Assembly: GCA_028867435.1 (NCBI GenBank)
Contig: JAGWGI010000003.1
Span: 15 to 64,014 of the forward strand
From: Candidatus Micrarchaeota archaeon
GTDB lineage: Archaea; Micrarchaeota; Micrarchaeia; Micrarchaeales; CABMGC01
Length of the DNA: 64,000 bases
Direction: 5' to 3'
Below, piece after piece: positions 34,508 to 43,803 of this stretch (position 1 is the first letter of the stretch; the number at the start of each line of letters is the position of its first letter). Made by a program: the position numbers and the translations under genes. A model generated the notes under the pieces. That model did no database searches, was not told the DNA's origin, and saw only the letters and a program-made list of their open reading frames with translations.

Positions 34508-34927
34508 CTAGGGGGTCTGATCTGATCGAAGCCTGTTGCTATGGAGAACTTTTTGAACCCCCCCAAGCCAGTTCTTCACCATATAGTTAGTATATATATT
34601 ATAGGTGCGGACCCTATAGCCTGTGCTTTTATCGTACGCCCCATGATAGTTGTTGGTAATCAGACCATAGAAACCGGCGTTTGGCACTATCAGCTTGAGC
34701 CTGCCCCCTTTCTTTAGCACCCTGTACGATTCCCTAAGCAGGTTCTGGGGATTTTTCAAATACGACAAAACGTACCTGCAGTACACCTCGTCAAATGTGC
34801 CGCTCTTGAAGGGCAGCCTGTCCTTCTCGAGGTCGCAGACCACCACGTCCTTTCTACTCCCTTTATAGGAGTCAACAAAATCGGTGCCGTACCTGTCGTC
34901 TCCGCAGCCGGCATTTAATATTCTCAT
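34508..34927 (-). CDS. Class I SAM-dependent methyltransferase (apparently frameshifted at a homopolymer)
   Basis: It has MRILNAGCGDD.., ..FDEVYCRYVLSYL.. and ..LKKGGRLKLIVPN. The alternative frame after the C7 run (34558-34564) stays open to 34414. Confidence 0.7.
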   Translation of the reverse strand: MRILNAGCGDDRYGTDFVDSYKGSRKDVVVCDLEKDRLPFKSGTFDEVYCRYVLSYLKNPQNLLRESYRVLKKGGRLKLIVPNAGFYGLITNNYHGAYDKSTGYRVRTYNIYTNYMVKNWLGGVQKVLHSNRLRSDQTP

Positions 34928-34936
34928 TTGGATCCT

Positions 34937-36055
34937 CTAGTTTTGGTGCTTACCTAGCACCTTTTTATATATGTCAAGGGTCTTTCTAGCAGTGTTCGAC
35001 CAGGAGATGCTCTCTGCATACTTTAGCTCGGCATCACGCATTTTCTTGCTGAATCCGCGCATTTTGAGGTTTATTAGTATTCTGGCAGAATGCTTTGGGT
35101 CCCTTGCCTCGAACACGTAGTTTTTCACTTCCTCGTCGAAAATGTTTTTCTTGCAGACTACAATCGGTAGCCCCCTTGCCTTTGCGTCCTCTATTGGGAA
35201 GCTTGAGCTATCGCCTGTGCTCGGCCAGAAGAACGCATCGAAGCCATCGTATATCTGGAGCAGTTTCTCTTCTGGAGCAAAGCCCATGAACCTCACATTG
35301 ACCAGATCCATCTCGCTTTTGTAGCTGTTGAGGTGCTTTTTCTCCGCCCCGGTTCCGTAGATTATGAATTTGATTTCCTTGTTTTTGAGTAGCTGCAGTG
35401 CCGTCTTGAGTATGAATATCACGTTCTTGTGATATGCAAACGAACCAACATAGCCGACGCGAAACTCCCTGTGCTTAGGCTTCTTGGGTATACGTGTAGT
35501 GATGAAGTAGTCTTTTGTTCCAAGCAGCGTAGTGGACCAATGCTTTATCTGCTTGAATCTTGAGAGGACATCTTTTTGCACCGAACTTGATGTGAATATT
35601 ATGAAGTTGGAGTACTTTATCGCATCTCTGATGTTTGCAGAGACTATGTAATTGTAGGCCCCCTGAATCACGCCTTTGTGGAAGCCCTTGTCAAGGCGCA
35701 TCAAGTCATGTATGCAGCTGATTATCCTTGCCTTTGAACCGTTCTCCCTTAATATTTTTGCTGCAAAGCCCAGCTCTGGATGCGCTATGTGTATGACGTC
35801 ATAATTCTCCTTTGCCAGCTTCTTTATCCTAAGCTTGAATAGAGAATTCGCATATATCAGCCCTACTGTGTCCTGGCGCTTTAGTTCCGAGAGAGGATAG
35901 ATTAGAGCTATATATACCTTACCCTTGAGCTTTTGGTGTATCTGGTGGGTATATTCTGTTATGCCATCCCCGCTGCCCTCCTGTGGCTTTACAAGCGTTA
36001 TTATTGCTACTTTCAATTCATCACCTTCTTCATGCTTATTATGAGAAGAATGCAA
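34937..36055 (-). CDS. Family 4 (GT-B) glycosyltransferase
   Basis: The C-terminal half reads ..VGYVGSFAYHKN.., ..FFWPSTGDSSSFPIEDAKARGLPIV.. (an E-x7-E-like region). Confidence 0.8.
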   Translation of the reverse strand: MHSSHNKHEEGDELKVAIITLVKPQEGSGDGITEYTHQIHQKLKGKVYIALIYPLSELKRQDTVGLIYANSLFKLRIKKLAKENYDVIHIAHPELGFAAKILRENGSKARIISCIHDLMRLDKGFHKGVIQGAYNYIVSANIRDAIKYSNFIIFTSSSVQKDVLSRFKQIKHWSTTLLGTKDYFITTRIPKKPKHREFRVGYVGSFAYHKNVIFILKTALQLLKNKEIKFIIYGTGAEKKHLNSYKSEMDLVNVRFMGFAPEEKLLQIYDGFDAFFWPSTGDSSSFPIEDAKARGLPIVVCKKNIFDEEVKNYVFEARDPKHSARILINLKMRGFSKKMRDAELKYAESISWSNTARKTLDIYKKVLGKHQN

Positions 36056-36103
36056 ACAAGGTTTATAAATTTATATTCAACTGTGAGAATGTTTTATGGA
36101 AGC

Positions 36104-37141
36104 CTATTTTCTTGGATTTGCATGCTTCTGCTTGAGAAGTCTGACAAGCAGCGGTATGCCCTGCCTGGAGTTCTTGTACTTTGAATTCAGCCGCACTATA
36201 GTTGACTCCTTCTCCAGACCAAGATACTTTATGAGCCCCAATTTGTTCAACTGGGTTGATATGGCAAGCGTCTGTTTGCTATCCTTATCTGACATGTGCC
36301 CATAGAATTCGGCGAGCTCCTTTGAAGTTATCTTGAAGGCTTTTGGGATTCCTGCAATGCCCTCCTGCTTTATTCCATATATGATATTCCTTATCAGGTA
36401 CAGGTTGTTGTAGTCGAACCTGGTAAGCTCGTGTTCATGTTCCTTGCCGCAGAGGATTTCGTATGCGAGCAGTGTGTTGAAAAATAACTTGCCTGCAAGA
36501 GTCTTCTCTATCGGAGCCTCAGGCACAACCATCTTTGAGAGGTATTCAAGCATCTTCTTGTTGTACGTCCCGTATGTCAGCCTGTCGAACTTGTAGAGCT
36601 CTTCGTACACAGAACTTGCGGTGTGCAGCATTGATGCATGGTGCTCAAGGTAGTAATCCCCCTTGACAAGCCTAAGTAGTCTACCATTGACAGCTGCCTG
36701 CTCGTGCAGCATGCCGGTAAAGCTAACCCTGTCTTTTTTGAATAGCCTTGTCTGCCAGGTGAAATTTCCACGGTGTGTGCCGTCAAACCCTTCGTACCTC
36801 TTTATAGCATATGCGTCGCAGCCTGCTTTTTCTATCAAGGCCCTAATCTCGCCGTGGAGCGATGCTGAAAGCCTCTCGTCAGTATCTATCAATAGCACCC
36901 AGTTGAATCTGCACTTCTTTAGGGCATACATCCTCATTGGATCAGGATATCCAAGGGCAATCGTGTAGAAATATCTCACTTTATCGAGCTTTTTGATATA
37001 CTTTTGGAGAGTTTTGCGGTTTTTTGTGCTACTGGAGTCTATCAGCACGATCTCGTCAGAAATTTTGTACACGCTTTTTATAAGGCCTAGTGTCTGCGGA
37101 ATATCGTCCTTTGAAAATATCAGGGTTGTCAGACCTTCCAT
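36104..37141 (-). CDS. Family 2 glycosyltransferase
   Basis: The internal ATG at 37141 starts MEGLTTLIFSKDD..EIVLIDSSS.., followed by ..VLLIDTDE (DxD). The start lies 4 nt after the FkbM stop. Confidence 0.7.
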   Translation of the reverse strand: MEGLTTLIFSKDDIPQTLGLIKSVYKISDEIVLIDSSSTKNRKTLQKYIKKLDKVRYFYTIALGYPDPMRMYALKKCRFNWVLLIDTDERLSASLHGEIRALIEKAGCDAYAIKRYEGFDGTHRGNFTWQTRLFKKDRVSFTGMLHEQAAVNGRLLRLVKGDYYLEHHASMLHTASSVYEELYKFDRLTYGTYNKKMLEYLSKMVVPEAPIEKTLAGKLFFNTLLAYEILCGKEHEHELTRFDYNNLYLIRNIIYGIKQEGIAGIPKAFKITSKELAEFYGHMSDKDSKQTLAISTQLNKLGLIKYLGLEKESTIVRLNSKYKNSRQGIPLLVRLLKQKHANPRK

Positions 37142-37145
37142 GATC

Positions 37146-38027
37146 TCACTTTCGCGACGCAGATATGTCGCCCATATACATCTCTTTCTTATTTGTATTT
37201 GCGTTGAATGACTTCTCAGGCCCAGTGTGGCTCGTATTGAAGCCCATCTTAGAAAGCCTTTCGATAAGCGGCTTGTATCCATAATGATATTCTATTAGCA
37301 TGTCTGAAAACTTTCTCAGCGTCTGCTTAGGAGTTCCTGCGATGATGTCGTATTCGCAACCTTCGCAGTCGATTTTCAAAGCTGCGTCCTTGAGGCCGTA
37401 CTTCTTCACCATGCTCGAGAGGGTTATCACGCTTACCTGCTTGCCTTTCCTCGCCTCTTTTATCTGCGCTCCTGCAAGGTTCTCAAACTTTGGATCTATT
37501 TTCATCGTGCCGGACTTCGATGCGCAGCCAGCATTTATCAAGGTTATCCTGCTTGAGAGATTGTTTGCTTCTATGTTCATTTTCCCTATCTCACAGGAAT
37601 GCGGATATGGCTCAACGGCATAGACGTGCTTTGCTCCGTTTAGCGCAAAGTATATTGCCGTGTCGGCGATATATGCTCCCACATCGACAACCAGCTTGTC
37701 CTTAATCTTTAGGTTTTTGTGCGGCTCGGCTATGAATTCCCCGATTAGCATCAAAACGATATGGATAACTTCCTTTTTTTGGGAGTAGACAAACCTTAGC
37801 TGCCTGTTCTTGTATTGCATCTCCACAAAACCCTTTCGAACCTTAACCCTGAAGTTCCTGCCATCTTTTGTTATTATGTCAATCTCATTTTTGAGCCCGA
37901 GAACAAGCATTGGCAGCGAATGCCAGTTCTTGACGTGCTTGTAAACGACATCAAGAGAGCTGGACTTGTCGCCAATTGCATACTTGATCAATGCAGTAAT
38001 TGGATTCCTTTGCATAAAGCCACTCAT
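37146..38027 (-). CDS. FkbM-family SAM methyltransferase
   Basis: It has VVDVGAYIADTAIYFALNGAKHVYAVEP.., ..ALKIDCEGCEYDII.. and ..MLIEYHYG. It is a clear paralog of 44769-45803. Confidence 0.8.
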   Translation of the reverse strand: MSGFMQRNPITALIKYAIGDKSSSLDVVYKHVKNWHSLPMLVLGLKNEIDIITKDGRNFRVKVRKGFVEMQYKNRQLRFVYSQKKEVIHIVLMLIGEFIAEPHKNLKIKDKLVVDVGAYIADTAIYFALNGAKHVYAVEPYPHSCEIGKMNIEANNLSSRITLINAGCASKSGTMKIDPKFENLAGAQIKEARKGKQVSVITLSSMVKKYGLKDAALKIDCEGCEYDIIAGTPKQTLRKFSDMLIEYHYGYKPLIERLSKMGFNTSHTGPEKSFNANTNKKEMYMGDISASRK

Positions 38028-39556
38028 ATAAGCGAATTCCTGGATTTTGAGCCTGCCCCAAAATACTTTTTAATTGTAGGGGCAACGTTGCACAGGTTAA
38101 GCTCCTTTTTGGACGCTGGGGATGGGATTCGCACGCCTATGCCCGCGATACCAAAGATGCCAAACATGGTATGGTCACCTTTTCTAGCCGCCTCAGGCTC
38201 TACGAATGCAGAAAGGGCATAATGGGAAAAGTCGTTTGTGTAGCCATCGCTCAATTGGAAGACTATGTCAGGAGGTATGAACCTAGTAACACCTTTGTAG
38301 AATGATTCACCATCGAAGACTCTGGCCATCAGCTTACCCTTCCCCAGCGCTTTTATTTCCTTTAATTCTTCGATTAGCTTCCCTTTGAGCTTAGGCTTTT
38401 CCTTTGCAGACACAGCAGACCGTGAAAATCTGCCATCGTTTATCCAGATCATCCCCATATTGCCATTTGAAACCGAAGCGAAAGCCTTTGTGCTGCGCAT
38501 CTCAAAGTCCGTCTCAAGTATCTTTATGTAGTCGTTGCCGTATCCCTCCTCCAGATTCTCTTCAAGGAACTTCTCCCCCATCTTTTGCAGTGCTGCTGGA
38601 AGCATTTCATATATCTTCCTACGCATACTGCTGCTCGCTATCGCCTCGCTTATCTTCACTTTCATAGATTTTCCAATTCCGGATTTGGCTTTTCTTGCAG
38701 GTACATCCCCAGATCCAAACGGATCTATTTTCAATTTGGCATATCCCTTATCTATGAGCCAGGAGTTGGGGAGGAATTTGTGATGGATCGGCTGCGCGCC
38801 GTGATCGGATACTACGGCTATGAGTGAAGGGGATGAATCTTTCTTTGCAAATGATACAGTCCAATTTATAAAGTCAGATATTGCAACGTAAAGCGGAGCT
38901 ACAATCTCCTCCCAGTTATCCTCGCTCAGGGAATAATGCTGCATCCTGTCGGTTTCGGTAAAGCAGACGAAAACCATGTCGTATTCTTTTACTGACATAA
39001 GGTGCTGCGCAAGCATTGCTCTAGCCTTTATGCTCTTCGTATAGAGCCGGGAGGCCCTGTCAAGCGACATTTTTCCGGAGTTGAGCTGCACCCCGATATC
39101 AGGCTCGCCGCCAAATCCAAACTTCTTGGCAAGTATCTCAAGATTGACGGAGCTGTATCTTGGCTGCAGGGGCCATCCGGTTATCATGTCCACGCCTTCC
39201 CTCTTTCTCGCTTCCAGAAAAACCGCAGGGGTTATTACAAGGCACCTCAGCCCCATTGATGCCAGGCTTTCCCAGAAGGGCTCTGGGCTTGAGGAATCGT
39301 AGTATATAAGCTGCTTGTCATAGTTTCTGTCTATCTTCGAGAACTCAAGTATCTGGTGGTCTCTTGGCTCCAAACCGGTATAGATGCTCGGCCAAGCCGC
39401 AGAGGTCACAGGCGGCACAGAAGATCGCATCGCCCTTAGCGCACCGTTCCTCTCAAGGTACTCGAATCCGGACAGGTCATATTTTCCCTTAAGTTTTCTT
39501 ATTAGCCATAATGGTGTGGAGTCTATTCCTATGAGATAAAACCTCTTCTCGCCCAT
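38024..39556 (-). CDS. Alkaline-phosphatase superfamily enzyme (type I phosphodiesterase/nucleotide pyrophosphatase-like)
   Basis: It has YLIGIDSTP.. (metal Asp), ..SSVPPVTSAAWPSIYTG.. (nucleophile Thr/Ser region) and ..VVSDHGAQP. The start is the internal ATG at 39556. Confidence 0.65.
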   Translation of the reverse strand: MGEKRFYLIGIDSTPLWLIRKLKGKYDLSGFEYLERNGALRAMRSSVPPVTSAAWPSIYTGLEPRDHQILEFSKIDRNYDKQLIYYDSSSPEPFWESLASMGLRCLVITPAVFLEARKREGVDMITGWPLQPRYSSVNLEILAKKFGFGGEPDIGVQLNSGKMSLDRASRLYTKSIKARAMLAQHLMSVKEYDMVFVCFTETDRMQHYSLSEDNWEEIVAPLYVAISDFINWTVSFAKKDSSPSLIAVVSDHGAQPIHHKFLPNSWLIDKGYAKLKIDPFGSGDVPARKAKSGIGKSMKVKISEAIASSSMRRKIYEMLPAALQKMGEKFLEENLEEGYGNDYIKILETDFEMRSTKAFASVSNGNMGMIWINDGRFSRSAVSAKEKPKLKGKLIEELKEIKALGKGKLMARVFDGESFYKGVTRFIPPDIVFQLSDGYTNDFSHYALSAFVEPEAARKGDHTMFGIFGIAGIGVRIPSPASKKELNLCNVAPTIKKYFGAGSKSRNSLI

Positions 39557-39631
39557 CGAATCGTTTCCCTTAGATAGACATCGTAGCAAATGGTATATAA
39601 TATCATAATCCGGTGCTTGGCATCAGCGAGA

Positions 39632-40672
39632 TTACTTCTGCAATGCCTGCTTATAGAATGAAATTGTGCTCTCGATGTTCTTCTTCCAGGTGAAGCTCCT
39701 TGCGTACTCTATAGTTGCCTTCTTCCTCTTCACCTCGAATCCGTTCTCCTTTATCTGCATTATTATCTGCGCCATGTGGTCCTCGTCCTTCGCCTCAAAG
39801 CACATCTTTCTCACCTCCTTTGGTATGTGAGAGTCCCTGCATATTACTACTGGGAGCCCTCTTGACTGGGCTTCTATTATCGGGAGCCCGAATCCCTCGT
39901 GTATACTCGGGAAAACCGAGAGGTCAAATTTGTCGTATGTGGATGGCACCTTGTCCTCTTCAAGCGACCCCATGAACCTGATCCTCCTGTCATTTCCAGA
40001 CTGCTCTGCCAGGTTCGAATACTCCATGTCCTTTCTGGCATAGAGGTCAAATGAGATATTTGTGTCCTCAATTTTCCTGAATGCACCTATTGCAAAACGC
40101 ACGTTTTTCCTTACAGGAAAGCTGCCTATGTAGCCGACCTTGAATGTTTTTTGTGGATCCCTCTTTTTTATAGTGGTGAAGAATCTGCTATCGAGTCCGT
40201 AGTTTATCACCTTTATCCTGCTACGTTCAAAACCAAGTTCCACTGCCTCGTCCCTAGTCTGCGTGGATATGGAGATCAGATAATCAGAGTTCAGAGATAT
40301 CCTGAAGTCTGCTAGAGCCTTCTGTAGTATCCTCTGGTGCGCGCTTTTTATGTTGGCAGCAATCAGCGATGTTGGCATGAAGTCATGTGCAGTTGTTATT
40401 ATCGTGTTCTTGTGCCTTTTTGATAGGAGCTGGAAGAGCGGCAGAGGCCCAAGCACGTGTATGAGGTCATAGCTACTTATCCTGGAGAGCATCGACCAAA
40501 GTAGCGTCTTTGGGACGCTCTCAGAACCTATGGGTGATTCAATCCGATTTATCGAGAACCCTTTATGTTTGCCTGCTGCAAGATACTTGTCCAGCGAGCG
40601 CATGTACCTGCCTATGCCCCCTTCTGCAATGAAGTTCTGGTGCGTGCCTACGAATAAACCTGCCTTGATCAT
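39632..40672 (-). CDS. Family 4 (GT-B) glycosyltransferase
   Basis: It has ..GIGRYMRSL.., ..VGYIGSFPVRKN.. and ..VFPSIHEGFGLPIIEAQSRGLPVV. Confidence 0.8.
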   Translation of the reverse strand: MIKAGLFVGTHQNFIAEGGIGRYMRSLDKYLAAGKHKGFSINRIESPIGSESVPKTLLWSMLSRISSYDLIHVLGPLPLFQLLSKRHKNTIITTAHDFMPTSLIAANIKSAHQRILQKALADFRISLNSDYLISISTQTRDEAVELGFERSRIKVINYGLDSRFFTTIKKRDPQKTFKVGYIGSFPVRKNVRFAIGAFRKIEDTNISFDLYARKDMEYSNLAEQSGNDRRIRFMGSLEEDKVPSTYDKFDLSVFPSIHEGFGLPIIEAQSRGLPVVICRDSHIPKEVRKMCFEAKDEDHMAQIIMQIKENGFEVKRKKATIEYARSFTWKKNIESTISFYKQALQK

Positions 40673-40699
40673 GAGAAAACCCTTCTTTCTATGTCTGGC

Positions 40700-41620
40700 T
40701 TACTTATAAAACTTGAGCATTTGCCTAAGGCCTTGCTTTATCGGAACCTTTGGGGTCCAACCAAGTGCGGAAATCTTGCTAGAGTCCGCACCCCTCCTCT
40801 GCGGGTCGCCTGGAGGCAGTGGCCCGTATTCTATCTTTGACTTTGAGCCTGTGGCCTCTATCACCAACTTTGCAAGATCAATTACACTCGTTTCGACGCT
40901 TGACCCAAGGTTGTATATCTCCCCGTTCTTTCCCGACTTTATCAATAGCATAATTCCTGCTATTGTGTCAGAAACGTAGGTGAAGGATCTTGTCTGCTTG
41001 CCAGTACCATAGACTGTCAGTGGTTCTTCCGCAAGCGCCTGCTTCATGAATCGGTCTATGACTCTCCCGTACATATCTCCCCCTCGCATCCTAGGGCCGT
41101 ATGCGTTGAAGAGCCTGATTATTATGTTCCTTAAGCCATACTGGGCCTCGTATGCCTTTATCAGCGTCTCGCCGAACTTCTTGCTCTCATCGTACGGCGC
41201 CCTTGAGGAGATGTGGTCGAGCCGCGCTATGTACGTTTCAGGGGTTGGAACTACCTCAGGGTTTGCGTACAGCTCCGATGTGGAGGCGTAAATGAGCCTT
41301 GCCTTCTTTGAGATTGCTAGCCTTGCAAGATTGTCTGTGCCCACAGAGTTCGCAAGCGCTATCTCAACCGGGTATGTCTCCCACTCCTTTCTAGCCGCCC
41401 TGCTTGCCATGTTGACTATCAGGTCAATGCTGCCCTTGACGTTAAGCTCTTTTGTTATGTCACCTTTCATAAACTCTATCTTCTCTTCTATTGCATTAAG
41501 ATTTGAAAGCAAACCGCTGGAGAGGTTGTCTATTATTACCACCTTGTCACCGTTTGCAACAAGGGCTTCCGCAAGATGGGAGCCGAGAAATCCTGCACCA
41601 CCTGCCAATAGAACACGCAT
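40700..41620 (-). CDS. NAD-dependent epimerase/dehydratase, UDP-glucuronate decarboxylase (UDP-xylose synthase)-like
   Basis: It has VLLAGGAGFLGSHL.., ..YASTSELYA.. and ..YDESKKFGETL.. (a YxxxK triad of the UXS type). It overlaps the upstream dehydrogenase stop by 1 nt. Confidence 0.75.
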   Translation of the reverse strand: MRVLLAGGAGFLGSHLAEALVANGDKVVIIDNLSSGLLSNLNAIEEKIEFMKGDITKELNVKGSIDLIVNMASRAARKEWETYPVEIALANSVGTDNLARLAISKKARLIYASTSELYANPEVVPTPETYIARLDHISSRAPYDESKKFGETLIKAYEAQYGLRNIIIRLFNAYGPRMRGGDMYGRVIDRFMKQALAEEPLTVYGTGKQTRSFTYVSDTIAGIMLLIKSGKNGEIYNLGSSVETSVIDLAKLVIEATGSKSKIEYGPLPPGDPQRRGADSSKISALGWTPKVPIKQGLRQMLKFYK

Positions 41621-42891
41621 TACAATCTACCTAGCCCATGGTACTCGAATCCAAGCGCCTTTGCCTTATCTCTTGGAATCAGCGCCCTGGTGTCTATTAT
41701 CAATGGCTTGCTATTCATTAAAGACTTTATCCTCTCAAGGTCAAGAGACTTGTACTCGTTGTGGTCCGTCACTATGACTAGAACTTCGGCGCCTCTTACG
41801 GCCTCGTATATGTCAGGTATTACTCCAGGAACATAGTTCACAAAGGGGTCAGAAAGCCTGACCGCTGCACCTCCAACCTTGAGCTCATCTTTGATCTTGA
41901 ATGACGGAGTGAATCTGGTGTCGTCGGTCTCCCCCTTGAATGCCACGCCTGCTATTGCTATCACCTTAGCGTCATTTCTGTAATGCTTCACCATCTCGGA
42001 TATGTGGGTCGGCATGTAAGAGTTTATCTGCTTTGCGGCGTCCACCATCTTTAGCGAGAGCCCCATCTTGTCAAGGTTGGACTTTAGTATGAATGGATCC
42101 TTGTTGAGGCACGATCCACCCACTCCAGGCCCTGGTACGAGGAGTCCAGAGTTTCTTGGATAGTCCTCCTTTGCCGCCTTGAGCATCTCCATGACATCGA
42201 CACCGAACTTCTCTGATGCAAGTGCAAGCTCGTTGGTTATTCCAAGGAATGCGAAGCGTGCATAATTGTCTGTCATCTTGATGAGCTCTGCAGTCTCCGG
42301 GTTGGATACTTTAATTATCTTTCCACCGAGCACCGAGAGCACAGTTGAGAATACCTGGAAGCTCCTATCGTCCGATGCCCCGATTATCTTGGGCAGCGCC
42401 TTGAAATCCCTAACTGCCTGGCCTTCCACAATTCTCTCTGGTGAGAATACTACTCCGACATCTTCAGGGACCTTGAAACCGTGAGATGATATCGCCTTTG
42501 CGACTCTGCTAGATGTGGTTCCAACAGGAACCGTTGACTTGAGGGCAACAACGTCCCCCTTCCTTAGGTGCTTGCATATTATTTCGAGCGCAGAATCTAG
42601 GAATGTGTAGTCCACATCGTTCTTTGACTCGTCGTAGGGAGTGCCCACAGAAATTATCTTGACATTGCAGTCGGTTATCTCGTCCTGCGAGGTGGTGAAC
42701 TTCAGCCTGCCAGTCGGCCTTGCATTATCAAGCGCCTCCTTGAGTCCAGGCTCCTTTAGAGTTTCCTCCCCAGCGTTGAGCTTTGCTATTTTTTTTGCAT
42801 CAATGTCAAATCCTAAAACATCGAACTTTTCTGAGAGGAGAGCTGCAAGTGGCAGACCTACGTAACCTATTCCAATAACTGCTATTTTCAA
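41620..42891 (-). CDS. Nucleotide-sugar 6-dehydrogenase (UDP-glucose/UDP-ManNAc dehydrogenase family)
   Basis: It has MKIAVIGIGYVGLPLAALL.. and ..GPGVGGSCLNKD.. (the catalytic Cys motif). It is 423 aa long. Confidence 0.85.
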   Translation of the reverse strand: MKIAVIGIGYVGLPLAALLSEKFDVLGFDIDAKKIAKLNAGEETLKEPGLKEALDNARPTGRLKFTTSQDEITDCNVKIISVGTPYDESKNDVDYTFLDSALEIICKHLRKGDVVALKSTVPVGTTSSRVAKAISSHGFKVPEDVGVVFSPERIVEGQAVRDFKALPKIIGASDDRSFQVFSTVLSVLGGKIIKVSNPETAELIKMTDNYARFAFLGITNELALASEKFGVDVMEMLKAAKEDYPRNSGLLVPGPGVGGSCLNKDPFILKSNLDKMGLSLKMVDAAKQINSYMPTHISEMVKHYRNDAKVIAIAGVAFKGETDDTRFTPSFKIKDELKVGGAAVRLSDPFVNYVPGVIPDIYEAVRGAEVLVIVTDHNEYKSLDLERIKSLMNSKPLIIDTRALIPRDKAKALGFEYHGLGRL

Positions 42892-42904
42892 GATAACACC
42901 CTGA

Positions 42905-43642
42905 TTAAGGAGGTATCACTCCGCCCTTGCTTGCCATGAAATTTTCAGCGTGAAGATAGGATTCCATTGTCCCAACGTCCCACCAATACTTAAAGTTGCT
43001 GACATATCCGTAGAGCTTGCCCTCATCTACGAGCTTTGGAAAGAGGGTGGACTCTATCTTGAATTTCTTTGGCACCAGATACTCTCGCCTCTTCTGCATG
43101 AACTTCTTATCAAATATGTATATTCCCGCATTAACGTATGCTGGCAGGCTCTTTATTTCTGAGGGCTTCTCCACAAACTTTGTTATTTTCTTGTCTTGGT
43201 CAAGCTCCGCTACTCCTAGCCTTTTTGCCTCTTCCAGCTCCGGGACGGTGAAGAGTGCCATGGTCACGTAGCTTCCCTTCTCTTTGTGGAACTTCCACAT
43301 GTCATGCACAGGTATGTCTGTTATTAAGTCGCCATTGAGGACTATTACCTCGTCCTCCCTTGAGATCTCCTCCATGGCTATTGAGAGGTCGCCGCCAGTT
43401 TCCCAGCCCAAGGCCTGCACCACCTTGACATTGTCTATGCCCGCCTTTTCCAGATATGTAGTTATGGTGGTTATGTTCTTTGATGCGACTATGTAGTGTG
43501 TGTCTATGTCCAGACCCTTCATATTCTCCAGGAGGTAGGAGAGTATAGGCTTTCCCTTGACTGGTATTAGCAACTTTGGTATGTAGTACGAAAGTGGAGC
43601 CATTCTGCTCCCCTGCCCTGCTGCAAGTATTATTGAGTGCAT
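42905..43642 (-). CDS. Sugar-1-phosphate nucleotidyltransferase
   Basis: IILAAGQGSRMAPLSYYIPKLLIPVKGKPIL is the G-x-G-t-R-l nucleotidyltransferase signature. Confidence 0.85.
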   Translation of the reverse strand: MHSIILAAGQGSRMAPLSYYIPKLLIPVKGKPILSYLLENMKGLDIDTHYIVASKNITTITTYLEKAGIDNVKVVQALGWETGGDLSIAMEEISREDEVIVLNGDLITDIPVHDMWKFHKEKGSYVTMALFTVPELEEAKRLGVAELDQDKKITKFVEKPSEIKSLPAYVNAGIYIFDKKFMQKRREYLVPKKFKIESTLFPKLVDEGKLYGYVSNFKYWWDVGTMESYLHAENFMASKGGVIPP

Positions 43643-43803
43643 ATATATCAGTAAATAGACTATCCTTTCTTCGTTTTATATGTTTAAATAGCTATCTAGG
43701 TAAATGTTTATTATCCGTCGGTATAGCCGCACTGTAGGTTTTGAAACCACACTGCGCTGGCGCGTTTTTGATCAACTATCAAAACTCCATTCAAACTGAT
43801 TAC

